Shown: positions 51,236 to 63,764 of the stretch, one piece after another
How the letters are laid out: every line of letters begins with the position of its first letter
How positions within the stretch are numbered: the stretch's first letter is position 1
Assembly (NCBI GenBank): GCA_001662655.1
Contig: KV460241.1
Length of the DNA stretch: 64,000 bases
Source of the DNA: Pseudogymnoascus verrucosus
Lineage: Eukaryota
Strand: one strand, 5' to 3'
The notes under the pieces: model-generated
What the model was told of the DNA's origin: nothing
Database searches by the model: none
What the model saw: the letters and a program-made list of their open reading frames with translations, nothing else
Program-made: the position numbers and the translations under genes

Positions 51236-52136
51236 ATGGCGGACACAGCAACGAAGTAAGTAGCCAGCCGCTCCTTCCCCAAAGCTTGATCCTACTTGTC
51301 GAACCCAGGCTGACCCTGGCGCCTTCCTTCCCTAGAAAACCCGCAGCCCCGACGAACCCTCGGGGTATCCCCTATGCGCCCTTCGTCGATAAGGTCGAGG
51401 ACTACGTAACGACCCGCGCGGATGTGGAGGCTACCCTCAAGAGCTTCCAGGAGATGATTGCGTATGTTGCCCTGAGACTCTCTTGTTCAAACACGCGGAG
51501 AACTGATTCAATGTGTGTGTGTGCAGAAAGTACCAGTTTATGGAAGCCAACCAGCAGCGGAGAGCAGCTGGGTTGAAGGACAAGATGCCCGATATTCAGA
51601 AGACGCTAGATACCGTGCGGTTCTTAAAAACACGAAAGGTGGGCGAGCTTTGATCTCTGCGAGGTTGACGATGTACTGATTGGTGTTGTGTAGCCTGATT
51701 CGGACCCGATAGAGGCGACGTTTGAGCTTAACGATACGCTTTATGCGAAGGCGCATATTCCACCTACGGAGGAGGTTTATCTATGGCTTGGGGTATGTTT
51801 GCTACTTGCTGATCGCAGGATACAAATATTGACATGGCACAGGCAAACGTTATGCTGTCGTACCCGGTCGACGAGGCGGAGGTACTCCTGAACTCGAAGC
51901 TCAACTCGGCGAAAACGAGCTTGTCGAACTGCGAGGAGGATCTCGACTTTCTCAGGGAGCAAATCACAGTATGTGTGCACGTATCATGTCTTTTGGAAAA
52001 CCAACTAACATCGATATAGACTATGGAGGTGGCCACAGCACGTGTGTATAACTGGGATGTCACGATGAAGAGGAAAGAGAAGGCCGAGAATGAGGGCGAG
52101 GAAGACCCAGATAAGAAGGGCTCTGCGAGTGGTTGA
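51236..52136 (+). CDS. PAC10: Prefoldin subunit 3
   Basis: Six exons: NPRGIPYAPFVDKVEDY, FQEMIAKYQFME, FELNDTLYAKA, VYLWLGANVMLSY, LDFLREQITTMEVATARVYNWDV. Confidence 0.95.
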
Positions 52137-52650
52137 AAATATTATATTGACTTCAAACTCTATGCATGAAAATCGGGCTCCTTTCCCATGTGAACCATGT
52201 GAACGAGATATGGGGTGCACGTGAGCACACCAGATGTTACTTGAGAAAGACGACATTTATTGCACTATATAAATATGTAGATACATATAAACGTGTGTAA
52301 ACTATCGCAACTTCTGTAGAACAAACGATTATCCTCATTCTTCACAGACGTTGCACCTGTATACTCTAAATCCTTCCATCGGACGAATTACCCCACGTTG
52401 CCCCTGGCCACCCGTTTGGAGCTCGTCCACATCGTTCGCTCGCTTACGTGGGGTGAGTGGCGGGCCACCCACAGCCTGCGTCACTTCCATCCCGTTAACG
52501 TTAAACGTAAGATTGCTCCTCCCTCCTACCCTACTGATAATCTTGGTAACTGTACATCCCCAACCTTGTCTCACTCCAAAAACAAACACCCTCATAAAAT
52601 AGTATCTTTTTCCCCGCCTCCTTATCTTAATCCTTCGCTCTCTCTCAAAG

Positions 52651-53905
52651 ATGGCAGCCCCCGCTGAGATCGTCCCGCTCAAGACGGACCCGAAATATGA
52701 CGACTACGACTTCCCAACCGTCTCCGCCACGAACCAGCCTGGGCATGCTGGGCACCTCACGCCGGAGCAGGAGGCTCAGGTGCACCAATTGAGGATGTCG
52801 TTGGAGCAGAAGGGGTTCACGGAGCGTTTGGATACTTTGACTCTGGTATGTGCTGTTCTCCGCAGCTTGGAGATATGTTTTGCTGACCCTGATCAGTTGA
52901 GATTCTTGCGTGCACGGAAGTTCGATGTTGCCCTCGCGGAGGTGATGTATGTCGACCCCCTACCCAACGATACGGATATAGCTGTTAAAGGGGATGTGCT
53001 AACATGCACTCAGGTTCGTTAACAGCGAGGGCTGGAGGAAGGAGATCAACCTCGACGACCTGGTCCAGAACTTCGAGTACACCGAGAAGGCCCAGATCTT
53101 CGAATACTACCCCCAATACTACCACAAGACCGACAAGGTAACCTCCCCCCCCCCTTTTCCCCCCAAACCACCAGCGATAACTAACCCCCTCCCCCAGGAT
53201 GGCCGCCCCGTCTACATCGAGCAACTCGGCAAGTGCGACCTAACCGCCATGAACAAAATCACCACCCAAGAGCGCATGCTCCAAAACCTCGCCGTCGAGT
53301 ACGAAAAAGTCTCCGACCCCCGCCTCCCCGCCTGCTCCCGCAAGTCGGGCCACCTCCTCGAAACCTGCTGCACAATCATGGACCTCAAGGGCGTCGGGCT
53401 CGCCAAGATCTCCTCCGTCTACGGATACGTCAAGGAGGCCTCTGCTATGTCGCAAAACCACTACCCCGAGCGCCTCGGACGCCTCTACCTCATCAACGCC
53501 CCATGGGGATTCAGCTCCGTCTTCGGCATGATTAAATCCTTCCTCGACCCCGTTACTGTGGAGAAGATCCACGTCCTCGGCAGCGGATACCAGAGCCAGC
53601 TTCTCGCGCAGGTCCCGGCTGAGAACCTGCCCAAGCAGTTCGGCGGATCGTGCGATTGCGAGGGCGGATGCGGGTTCAGCGATGCGGGACCATGGAAGGA
53701 GGCGGAGTTCTCCAGGCCGCCGAAGTGGGCGAAGAAGAGCGGTGAGGAGAAGAAGGAAGATGCGGCTGTGATTGATACTACGGAGGGCAAGGGCGAGACT
53801 GTGCCTGCTACTGCTACTGCTACTGCACCTATCCCAGAGGCGGGTGGTGTGGCGGCAGAGGCCCCGGCGAAGGAGTTTACGGACCATGGCATCACACCTG
53901 CTTGA
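52651..53905 (+). CDS. SEC14: Sec14 phosphatidylinositol/phosphatidylcholine transfer protein
   Basis: Exons 52651-52845, 52897-52946, 53014-53137 and 53198-53905: LRFLRARKFD, YYPQYYHKTDKDGRPVYIE, SQNHYPERLG, SDAGPW. Confidence 0.96.
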
Positions 53906-54353
53906 GTTGTTGGATGATGGATGAACCTACAAATGGGTGCGTATAAAGTGCGGTAGAACATAACGAGATTACGATGGGGTCTCGATGGGAGGAGGGAAGA
54001 AATTCAACATTGAGACCTTGGAATGCAAATGCAAGCGTAGACTAAGAATGCGACTCGAGAATTCGCCGTTTTGTTTTTGTTTGTTTGTAGAGGTGAGAGG
54101 TCTGACGGATGCGGTGTTGCTGATCATTTGAAGCCTTTGTCTGTCTTTTGTTGTATCTATGAGCGTAATATATATGATTCCACACGACTGGATGGGGGGA
54201 AATCCTTTCTCTCATATTGGTGGTTTAAATAGGCCGTTCCTTTGTTTTATCTTCACGTTAAATAACCCCCCTTCTATCCAACTCGGTGCAAGGTAAGATC
54301 CGAATCATCCAACAAACCAAGCACCGAATCCAAGCACCCGAATCCAAACAAAC

Positions 54354-54739
54354 ATGTCAACCTACGAAGAGTGTTACGAAATCGTACGTCTTCCGCCCCC
54401 CACCGATATCCCCCAAAGCTAACGCCGCCGTCGTCACAAGTTGTACAACGCCTGCGAAAAATTCATCGCACTATACGATCCTCTAGGAATAGAGTTGGAG
54501 GCGATGGTGTATAAGCGCGAGTGTTTCCCCGGATGCGGAATCGGTTGGAGATCAAAAGGCTAAACCCCCTGATAGTAGCTAATAAGTATGATCCGGGTTT
54601 CGCGGAGGCGATGGGGGGGGGGGGGAGGGAGGAGGAGGGAGCCTGGAATGGGGAGGGAGGCCAGGAGAAGGGGACCCAGACGCAGGGGACCCAGACGGAG
54701 GAGGTGACCCAGAAAGAAGTAGGAACCCAGAAGGAATAA
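54354..54739 (+). CDS. Putative small three-exon protein (about 89 aa), unknown function
   Basis: ATG in AAACATG context; intron 54384-54440 (GTACGT...GCTAAC...AAG) and GC-AG intron 54517-54575 splice in frame to TAA at 54737-54739. Confidence 0.5.
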
Positions 54740-55087
54740 GATAATCGGTTCAAATCAAGAAACTGTCCGGGAGAAAACGTAGTTTACTATTCCGAGGCAA
54801 CCTATTTAGGTCTTATACAACTGTTCATCGGTACCCCTCAGACAATACTCGTGACCTAACCCCCCTCTTCATCTTCGAAAATCTTTCATCGTACTCATAC
54901 AAAAAATCCAACCCGGCAGTGCTGCGTATCCATCACGACGACGCCCATTATACCAAACAAAACGCCAACCCCCCCATACCCTCCATTGTCCTCCCAAAAC
55001 GCCATCCAAACTTTCCAATCCCCAAATAAACCCTCATCTGGCAGATACACACACACCCTCTGTCTTCCTGCCTCTGCCATACAGCTC

Positions 55088-55835
55088 TCACCTCTCAGCA
55101 AGTGCATACCCCCCCGCCCTCCTCGCCCTCTCCATCCTCGCCACCAACGCCGGAACCCCCCCCTTCAACCTCCCCAGCCCCTCAACCCCCTCTTTCCAAC
55201 TACCCTCCACCTCCTCCTGCCTCTCTAGTTTCTCCACTTTCACCCCTCCTCCCTCTATTTCTCCCCTCGCTTCCCCATTTTCACTCCCACCCTCATCACC
55301 CACCTCCATATCCCCCACCTCCTCATCCCACGCCAATTCCTCCTTCCACGCCGCTGCTGCTTTAGCGGGTGCTTCGCGACGGAGTTGTCCTACTTCGAGG
55401 AGGAGTTCTTCTTCTGTCCTTAGGAGTTTTGCGGCGCGGTCGCGGAGGGATTCGGAGAAGGGCTCGTATTCTTCCACCACCACCTCTGCTTCTGCTGCGC
55501 CTTCGGGGGCTAAAAGCGATGAGTCTGCTGCCACGGGGTGGCCATTGATAAGAGTATTCGGCGCCGCCATCGAGAATGTCTTCGTCACGTACTAACGGGT
55601 GTGTTAGCTACATCTGCCTCTCTCTTCCCATATATGTATTTGGGAGTTGGGGGAAAGGAGGGTGGACACGCACCGAATTCACCAACTCCTCAACCTTCCG
55701 CCTCAGCACATCCTCCCCCTCAATAGGCGGCAGCGCGACATCAACTTTCTCACCCGCAACGCGTCGCGTGTTGGCGAGGAGGTAGCGGAGATCATCCGGT
55801 TCTTGGAGTTCGATTTTGCGCTGGGGGTCTGCCAT
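55088..55835 (-). CDS. Kinetochore MIS12/MIND complex subunit Nsl1/Mis14
   Basis: RKIELQEPDDLRYL, intron 55592-55673, NTLING, EYEPF, LRREAP, RMERARRAGGY. Confidence 0.8.
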
Positions 55836-56249
55836 TATGTCCCTCCCTTCCTTCGTACAATCGCTATCTCTGTTTGTTGAATTGACGATGCGGGGTTCGT
55901 GGGGGATAAGGGTTGCTCGGGGGGGGGGGGGGGGGCTGGGGATTTGTTTACAGATGATGCGAGGCTGTGGTGCACGCACTTTGGGTGAGGGGCTGAATGG
56001 GGGTTAGTGGCGGGTGCGATTGTGGGCGATTATGATTAGGAAATCTTATCTTATCATACTTAAAGATTAGAGTGGAATTTCGAAATCGGCTTCACACTTA
56101 ATACTAATACTCTATAGATTTAAATTCTTAGTACTAATGTAAACATTAAACTTCACTATGATGTAGTTGATTCATGGCTTACTAGTAATTTCCTTAATTC
56201 ATATAGTCGAGTTACATACAGACTACAGTCCTTACTATGTATGCCCTCC

Positions 56250-57383
56250 TCAATTCACACTTTCTTCCCCATTTTCACCATCCCTATCACTTATCACATC
56301 TTTAGAGGAGCAAAATACCCAACTCCCCCCAAAGCCCCTCGGCATCGGCACCCAACAGCATTCCCCACTACCACTACCACCATCATCAGAAAGTCCACTC
56401 TGAACTCCTCGTACAGAATCTATATAATTTCCATCGCAATTCAAAATCCCACCCGACCCCCCCACAAAGTTCCATAAACCCACGTTGTCGTCGTCCACTG
56501 ACCCACCACCATCACAGCTCTCCCCAACACGCTCCATCCTCTCCCACTCCCTCTCCGTCTCCGTCCCCGCCATCACGTGTCCCTTATCGGCGCACAAATA
56601 AAGCCACTCAAGCCCCTCGAAAAACACCAAGAACCGCCGAAACTGCGGGTCCTCATAGGTTCCCGAGAGCCTCAACGACGGTATAGGCGTCTCAAACTCG
56701 TCCAGGAATCCAAACACCACCCTCCTCCACCCCGCCACAATCCTTCTAAACCCCTCAAACGCACCCGCAGTATCCCGCGGCGGGAACCACCTCCCCAAAT
56801 CATCCTGATACGCATCCCCCACCCCATCAATCAACGAACTCGGGTGTCTCTGCTCAGACGCATAACTCGTCAGGGCGGTGACAAGCACCGTGTCCGTCTT
56901 GGGATTACACCGCACGCGACGCCGCGGATGGATTTCAACATTGGGATACCACATCTCTCTATACACCGTCATCGTCTCCGGGTACATGGACAAGAAAACT
57001 TGGTGGGACTCCCTACACACTCTGCTGAGCTCCCTTACCCCCGCGTCGTCGATGTCGGGGGTGTTGGCGCCGAGGCAGAAGTAGCCGTTGATCATGCTCA
57101 CCAAGCTAGAGCTCGGCTGTTGAGCGGAATCGGGATTGTATAGTGGGCAATGACCATGTTGCCCGCAAAAGCTGCCGTGAAGTGTGATGCAGGAATGGAA
57201 TGTTAGGAGGGGGTGGTGGTTGATAACGACGGGAATCACGCTGTTCCTTGCGGAGTGGAGGGCGTGTTGCCATATTTGGATCCGGAGCTCGAGAGGGAGG
57301 TCTGGGAAGTGAGGAAATGTAGAGGAGGAGGAGGAGGAGGAGGGGGGTAGTTGTTTACTTTCTCCGCCAGCAGAGGTCGTCAT
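56250..57383 (-). CDS. 2EXR (F-box-like) domain protein
   Basis: TFPHFPDLPLELRIQIWQHA at the N-terminus and LSRVCRESH further in; intronless. Confidence 0.75.
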   Translation of the reverse strand: MTTSAGGESKQLPPSSSSSSSTFPHFPDLPLELRIQIWQHALHSARNSVIPVVINHHPLLTFHSCITLHGSFCGQHGHCPLYNPDSAQQPSSSLVSMINGYFCLGANTPDIDDAGVRELSRVCRESHQVFLSMYPETMTVYREMWYPNVEIHPRRRVRCNPKTDTVLVTALTSYASEQRHPSSLIDGVGDAYQDDLGRWFPPRDTAGAFEGFRRIVAGWRRVVFGFLDEFETPIPSLRLSGTYEDPQFRRFLVFFEGLEWLYLCADKGHVMAGTETEREWERMERVGESCDGGGSVDDDNVGLWNFVGGSGGILNCDGNYIDSVRGVQSGLSDDGGSGSGECCWVPMPRGFGGSWVFCSSKDVISDRDGENGEESVN

Positions 57384-58165
57384 TTTGTGAACATTTGTGA
57401 ACGTTTGGTTGTGATAGTGGTTGATTGATGAGAGAGAGTGGCTGATGAGAGAGAGAGTGGCTGGTGAGAGAGTAATTAGGTAGTAAGAAGTGAAAGTTGT
57501 CAGATTTCTAGGCAGACGTTTCATTAGTAAGGCAAGTAATATTAGATCTATATAATTAACAAAAGCCAACAACACTAAGTTCATGCACTGGCATCACGTG
57601 CCGGAAGCCTGGACTCACCGTCTCTTAAAGACATGGGTGATGGATCACAATCTCGAGATGTAGAAAAATAAGTTGCCTTGAGCCTATATAGAACCTCTAA
57701 AAGTGCCCTTGTAACGAAACCCCCCCCAAAAAAAACAAGGTATGGGATGAGAAATAAAAACTATAAATATGTTTGGCGCCGTTTCCACCGAGACACCGCG
57801 AGCTCCAACTCCCCCAATCCATACCAGACAGATCCCAACGTTATACTCGACCCTCCCTTCATGAACTCAAATTATGCTCGTAATTTCATAGACCTATGTG
57901 CACCCCGCCCCCGCCCCCCGGCCTTGCCCGCTGCCCAAAAAGATAATACCCAGTTATACTCCAAAATGCTAAGGCGATCCCCCTGTTCCAAGCCAGCAGA
58001 AAGACATATCCGTTGTCAATCCCGCATATCACACACTAATATGTAACCCCAACCCCGACATTGGTATGTAAGGCAAGACCCTCCCTCCCTTCCTTCCTAC
58101 ACCGCTGCGAGCGCCCTAGGCTCGATGCGAACAATTCGTGGCGTGGCGGCGTGGCGTGGCGTGGC

Positions 58166-58855
58166 TTATTCGGGGAACATGTTCTTCATCTCCTCGTCGC
58201 TGAGGTTGATCTCGTGGACGGGGTCGCGCTTGCGTTCGATGGATTCGAAGTCGCACTCCATGTATGAGGGGAGGAAGATCTCTGGGTAGGGGTCGTTCGT
58301 TAGCTGGTGGTTTTGGTTTAGGGTCAGGATAAGAGGGGGTTTTATTTACCTGGATTCCATTCATAGCCTTGGGAGTAGCGGACGCAGGTGATCTGGAGTG
58401 TACACGTCAGTAACCGGTGGGGGAGTTGTGGTGGTGGCGGAGTGGGTTGGACTCACAAGGCGAGGCGTTCCATCCGGGTCACCGATGTTGATGACGGTGT
58501 GTTCCTGTTGGGAGAAGGACGAGCCTAATGAAACCTGTCAGGCTCACATTCCACAACTATTGTAATTTGAAAGTATCCCATATCCATCATGCTACTTCGT
58601 GGGCTGATGAGCCGTTGACAGCCGCTTGGCCGAATGGTGTGACAGCCGGATCGGGGAGGGAGAGGACTCACTCAGCATGCTCGGCCTACGATTATGGCCC
58701 GCCGACTTGGACGGCGTCGACATCGGGCTCTTCCCCTTCTGCTGGGGAGTCTGAGGCGAGGTGGAATAGCACGATGAAGAGCTCGAGCTCGATCCGACCT
58801 TGCCACCAACCTCACAGTAGGCCTGGCGGGTAGGGATGGTGATTGATGAGGACAT
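58166..58855 (-). CDS. Small four-exon hypothetical protein
   Basis: Introns 58525-58671, 58393-58456 and 58282-58349 are all canonical and in frame: ...HNRRPSMLSSSFSQQEHTVINIGDPDGTPRLITCVRYSQGYEWNPEIFLPSY...DPVHEINLSDEEMKNMFPE. Confidence 0.8.
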
Positions 58856-59579
58856 AGCTATGTGCTCGGGTGGTGAAGTCAGGGTGAAGGAAGCATCCGA
58901 TTTATGATACAGTGAACCCTTAGCCAGGCTGTAAAAGACAGAGCAGGATTTGTTGTCATATGAGGGGATAGCAAGAGTAAGGTAAGGTAAGAAAGTATTT
59001 AAGTTTTGAGGAAGGAGAGAAGGGAAGGGGAAGTTGTGATGTGGCTGGTGATTGTGACTGTGACTGACTCTTGGTTGGCTTGGTTGGTTTGGTTGGGTCA
59101 GGTATCAGGTTCCCATCATGAGAGAGGTACCTTAGCGGATAGACGACTGCTTATCGTTTGATGGGACGCCCCATCTTACTACGGCGGGGTTCTAATGCTC
59201 GATAACGCAGCTACGAGGCCTCAGCCTACAGACAGCCGTACTACTCGCCGTACTAAGTACTAGGGTAGACGAGAAATACAGAAATACACACGGCGACCGG
59301 ACATACTTTAGTCCGACAGTTGCTGTGTCCATCACCTGGCATCCCTGCCAATCAATGGAGATTCCCGTAGTTAGGTAGTCGACATCCAACGAAAGCGAAG
59401 CAACAACTCAGACTAAACAACCTACAAACGCGCCTCATCAACCACCGAACCCAACCTATCATTCCCATCCACGACTTCTACAGTGCTCACAGTCCTCTGC
59501 CTCATCACAGCCTGCTAGCGACGATCTCAATAAATCTGCAAAGCGTCGTCAAAGGTATCCTTACAGCACGAGGAGAGCT

Positions 59580-61007
59580 ATGGCGGACGCGGCTGTCGAG
59601 AACCCTGCGACACAGGTGTTGCCTCACAGGAAGCAGCTGCCATCGTCCATTCCAAACATCGATTCGTTAGAAGGGCTGGCCACGGATGGAAGCGATGAGT
59701 ATTCGACGCTGAAGAAGCTTCAGAGGCACTTGGAGTGAGTTTTGTCGCCATCGTGAAGCTTCATTCAGGCAGGCAGCATGCTGACGAATCCAGGTATATC
59801 CAGCTTCAAGAGGAATACATCAAGGATGAACAGAGGTAAATAACCTTAATCAATATACAGTATGTACAAGGACTCTAACAACATACAGGAGTTTAAAGAG
59901 AGAGCTGGTCAGGGCACAGGAGGAGATCAAGCGCATTCAGAGTGTGCCTCTTGTTATTGGGCAGTTTATGGAAGCTATAGATCAGAAGTAAGGCATTGAT
60001 ATCACCATCACTATTCAATACTAACCGCGCAATCCAGCACCGGTATCGTACAATCATCAACAGGCTCCAACTATGTCGTACGAATCCTCTCGACCCTCGA
60101 CCGCGAGTTGCTCAAGCCATCGTCATCCGTCGCCCTCCATCGCCACTCCAACGCCCTTGTCGACATTCTTCCCCCGGAGGCGGACTCCTCCATCGCCATG
60201 CTCGGCGCACACGAGAAGCCCGATGTCACATACGCAGATGTAGGAGGTTTAGATATGCAGAAGCAGGAGATCAGAGAGGCTGTTGAGCTTCCTCTGACGC
60301 ACTTCGATCTCTACAGACAAATTGGTATCGACCCACCGCGCGGTGTGCTGCTCTACGGCCCACCAGGAACGGGAAAGACTATGCTTGTCAAGGCCGTTGC
60401 GAATTCTACCACTGCCAACTTCATCCGTGTTGTTGGTTCCGAGTTCGTCCAGAAGTACTTGGGTGAGGGTCCTCGTATGGTCCGCGACGTGTTCCGCATG
60501 GCCCGCGAGAACTCCCCAGCAATCATCTTCATTGATGAGATTGACGCCATTGCCACGAAGCGTTTCGATGCCCAGACTGGTGCCGACAGAGAAGTCCAGC
60601 GTATCTTGCTTGAGCTTCTCAACCAAATGGATGGTTTCGATCAGACCTCCAACGTCAAGGTCATCATGGCCACCAACAGAGCGGATACACTTGATCCCGC
60701 TCTTCTGAGACCTGGACGTTTGGACAGGAAGATCGAGTTCCCTAACCTGAGGGATAGACGTGAGAGACGCCTGATCTTCACCACCATCGCGAGCAAGATG
60801 AGTCTTTCTCCCGAGGTGGATCTCGACAGCTTGATCATCAGAAACGACCCGCTCAGCGGTGCGATCATCGCTGCCATCATGCAGGAAGCTGGACTGAGGG
60901 CGGTCAGGAAGAACAGGTATAATATTATTCAGAGCGATTTGGAGGATGCATACTCAAGCCAGGTCAAGGCTGGGGCGGAGAAGGATAAGTTCGCATTCTA
61001 CACCTAA
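59580..61007 (+). CDS. RPT3: 26S proteasome AAA-ATPase Rpt3 (regulatory subunit 6B)
   Basis: [54 protein letters not shown]-terminal FYT; three introns. Confidence 0.97.
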
Positions 61008-61579
61008 ACGAGGCATGGCATTTGCATTGGAGAATACTGGGCTTGTAATATTATAGGAGTAGAGAATGGAATGGCGTGGATATTCAAGACATTGTAATAC
61101 AAACCCGGATGCTCTGGATCCTATCTATCCCGTGCTTGAATATATGCGAGTGAGATGCCAAGACGAGGACATCCCGTGACGGGAGAGCTTCTTTGGTGAC
61201 GACATACGATTTAACTCAACCTAAGGAGAAATTGCTTTTGTTTCTCAACCAGTGAAGCTTCAAAGCTATCAGAAAAAACTATAACAATAGTTAGACAATA
61301 ATTCTAGGTGAGTTCGGAGTCTTTCGGAGGTCCCAATCCCATCCTCCAGTACCTACCTACCTCCCAAACCTCCTTCATCGGCCTCCACCCCTGCACAATC
61401 GATAGCATTTTCGCTAATAAATTTAGCGGATTAACACAACGCGGGGCAGCATCTGGTGGCGGTCAAAATTTTTGGGGTCATTATCGTCATACTTTTCGAA
61501 GTTAATCCCACCATTTATTCTTCTACCATTCACTAAATTTGAAGATTTAAGATTTGACAAGATCGAATCAATTGTCAAA

Positions 61580-63147
61580 ATGGCTTCTACTACCCAACCC
61601 ACATATGCCCTGTCCCAGGCGCACAAGGACGTAAGTTACAGCTATCGGAGTCATAACGGACATGACAGTTGACATCACAATGTAGTCTCTTGAGAAGTCC
61701 TTGTTGGAGACCGACCCTGAGATAGCTGCGATCATGGTAAGTCTAATCCATCATAAGCTTACCTCACGATGGCAATATCTAATTCAAATTCCAGGAGAAA
61801 GAGATCCAGAGACAGCGCGAGTCCATCATCCTCATCGCTTCCGAGAACGTCACCTCCCGCGCCGTTTTCGACGCATTGGGATCCCCAATGTCCAACAAGT
61901 ACTCTGAGGGTTACCCAGGTGCTAGATACTACGGCGGTAACGAGCACATCGATGCCATTGAGTTGACCTGCCAGGCTCGTGCCCTTACTGCCTTCAACTT
62001 GGATAAGGCCAAGTGGGGTGTCAACGTCCAGTGCCTCAGTGGTAGCCCTGCCAACCTCCAGGTCTACCAGGCCATCATGAGGCCCCATGAGAGACTCATG
62101 GGTCTTGATCTCCCCCACGGAGGCCATCTGTCCCACGGTTACCAGACCGCGCAGCGCAAGATCTCCGCTGTCTCCACCTACTTCGAGACCTTCCCTTACC
62201 GTGTCAACATTGAGACCGGCATCATCGACTACGAGCAGCTCGAGCAGAATGCCCTCATGTACAGACCCAAGGTCCTCGTTGCCGGTACCTCCGCCTACTG
62301 CCGTCTGATCGACTACAAGCGCATGCGCGAGATCGCTGACAAGGTCGGTGCCTACCTTGTCGTCGACATGGCCCACATCTCCGGCCTCATCGCCGCCGGT
62401 GTCATCCCCTCCCCCTTCGAGTACGCCGACATCGTCACCACCACCACCCACAAGTCCCTCCGCGGACCCCGTGGCGCCATGATCTTCTTCCGCAGAGGCG
62501 TCCGCTCTACCGACGCCAAGACCGGAAAGGACATCCTCTACGACCTCGAGAACCCCATCAACTTCTCCGTCTTCCCAGGTCACCAGGGTGGACCCCACAA
62601 CCACACCATCACTGCCCTCGCCGTGGCCCTCAAGCAGGCCAACACCCCCGAGTTCAAGCAGTACCAGGAGCAGGTCGTCAAGAACGCCAAGGCCATCGAG
62701 GTCGAGCTGAAGCGTCTCGGCTACAAGCTCGTCGCCGACGGAACCGACTCCCACATGGTTCTCATGGATCTCCGCGCACAGTCCCTGGACGGTGCCCGCG
62801 TCGAGGCCGTCCTCGAGCAGATCAACATCGCCTGCAACAAGAACGCCATCCCCGGCGACAAGTCCGCCCTCAGCCCCTGCGGTATCCGCATCGGTACCCC
62901 CGCCATGACATCCCGTGGATTCGGCGAGGACGACTTCAAGAGAGTCGCCAGCTACATTGACCAGACCATCCAGATCTGCAAGGAGGTCCAGGCCGCGCTC
63001 CCCAAGCCGGATAACAAGCTCAAGGACTTCAGGGCTAAGGTTGCCGGTGGCGAGATCGAGAAGATCAACGCTCTCCGCAAGGAGATCGCCAGCTGGGCTT
63101 CCAGCTTCCCCCTCCCTGTTGAGGGATGGAGAGCCGAGAAGGCTTAA
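61580..63147 (+). CDS. SHM2: Serine hydroxymethyltransferase, cytosolic type
   Basis: Two introns; [24 protein letters not shown]-lysine motif [12 protein letters not shown]; no presequence. Confidence 0.95.
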
Positions 63148-63764
63148 GTGTTGTTTGCTTTTTATGGGTGTTTTGGTGTGGAAAGGGTTAGGGAAAGCTC
63201 ATCGCATTTTCCGGCTGGGTTGTTTATCGTTGCAGAGCCTGCTTCAACGCAGTTGATATAGAATTGGAATTACTTAAAACCATTGTGAATCAAAAGATCA
63301 CTTGACTTGTTTGATTTGAAGTGCCGTGTGCGTGTGCCTGTAGTTGTGGTGGTTTATATTGGCTGTAGTACTCGCATTCGTGGTCTCAAAAAGCATATAT
63401 AGCGTATATATACCGAAATATAACTTCACTCTGAAAGTAAGGATAGCCAAGAGAATTGAACCCAGAAATACTCCGTAAAAATAAATTCTCACTCCGTACT
63501 GAAAGCCTCATCCACTACTAAAAAGTTCACTGGTCGGGTGGTGAAGACGCTAGTATACATTAGGTTTAGCGCCACAGAAATGCTAGCGGGCTGCAAATCG
63601 CACTGCACGAAAAAAGTTCAAGCTGCGAAGCTGTGATTGAGGTTTTCCACTATCGACCAACTATCACCGACAACCATTGGACCGCAACTCTCAAGAATAA
63701 ATCTTGTGAGTTTGATAAGGTCTACGACACCAATTACGGTAGACGCCGAAGACGTTTGCCCACC

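Noticed and set aside
58525..58600. ATGATG...CTGA in an intron as a box C/D snoRNA
   Set aside because: Too short, imperfect C box, and the CTGA is the branch point.
58970..59110. GTAAG, GTGACT and TTGG short repeats
   Set aside because: Ordinary UTR/promoter microsatellites.
61427..61579. Open frame upstream of the SHMT AUG as a possible non-AUG mitochondrial extension
   Set aside because: The near-cognate TTG is in poor context, the sequence has several acidic residues unlike a presequence, and it probably overlaps the promoter.
61759..62754. 331-aa antisense ORF over SHMT (similar ones over CCT6, SEC14, chitinase and RPT3)
   Set aside because: Typical antisense open frames of highly biased genes.
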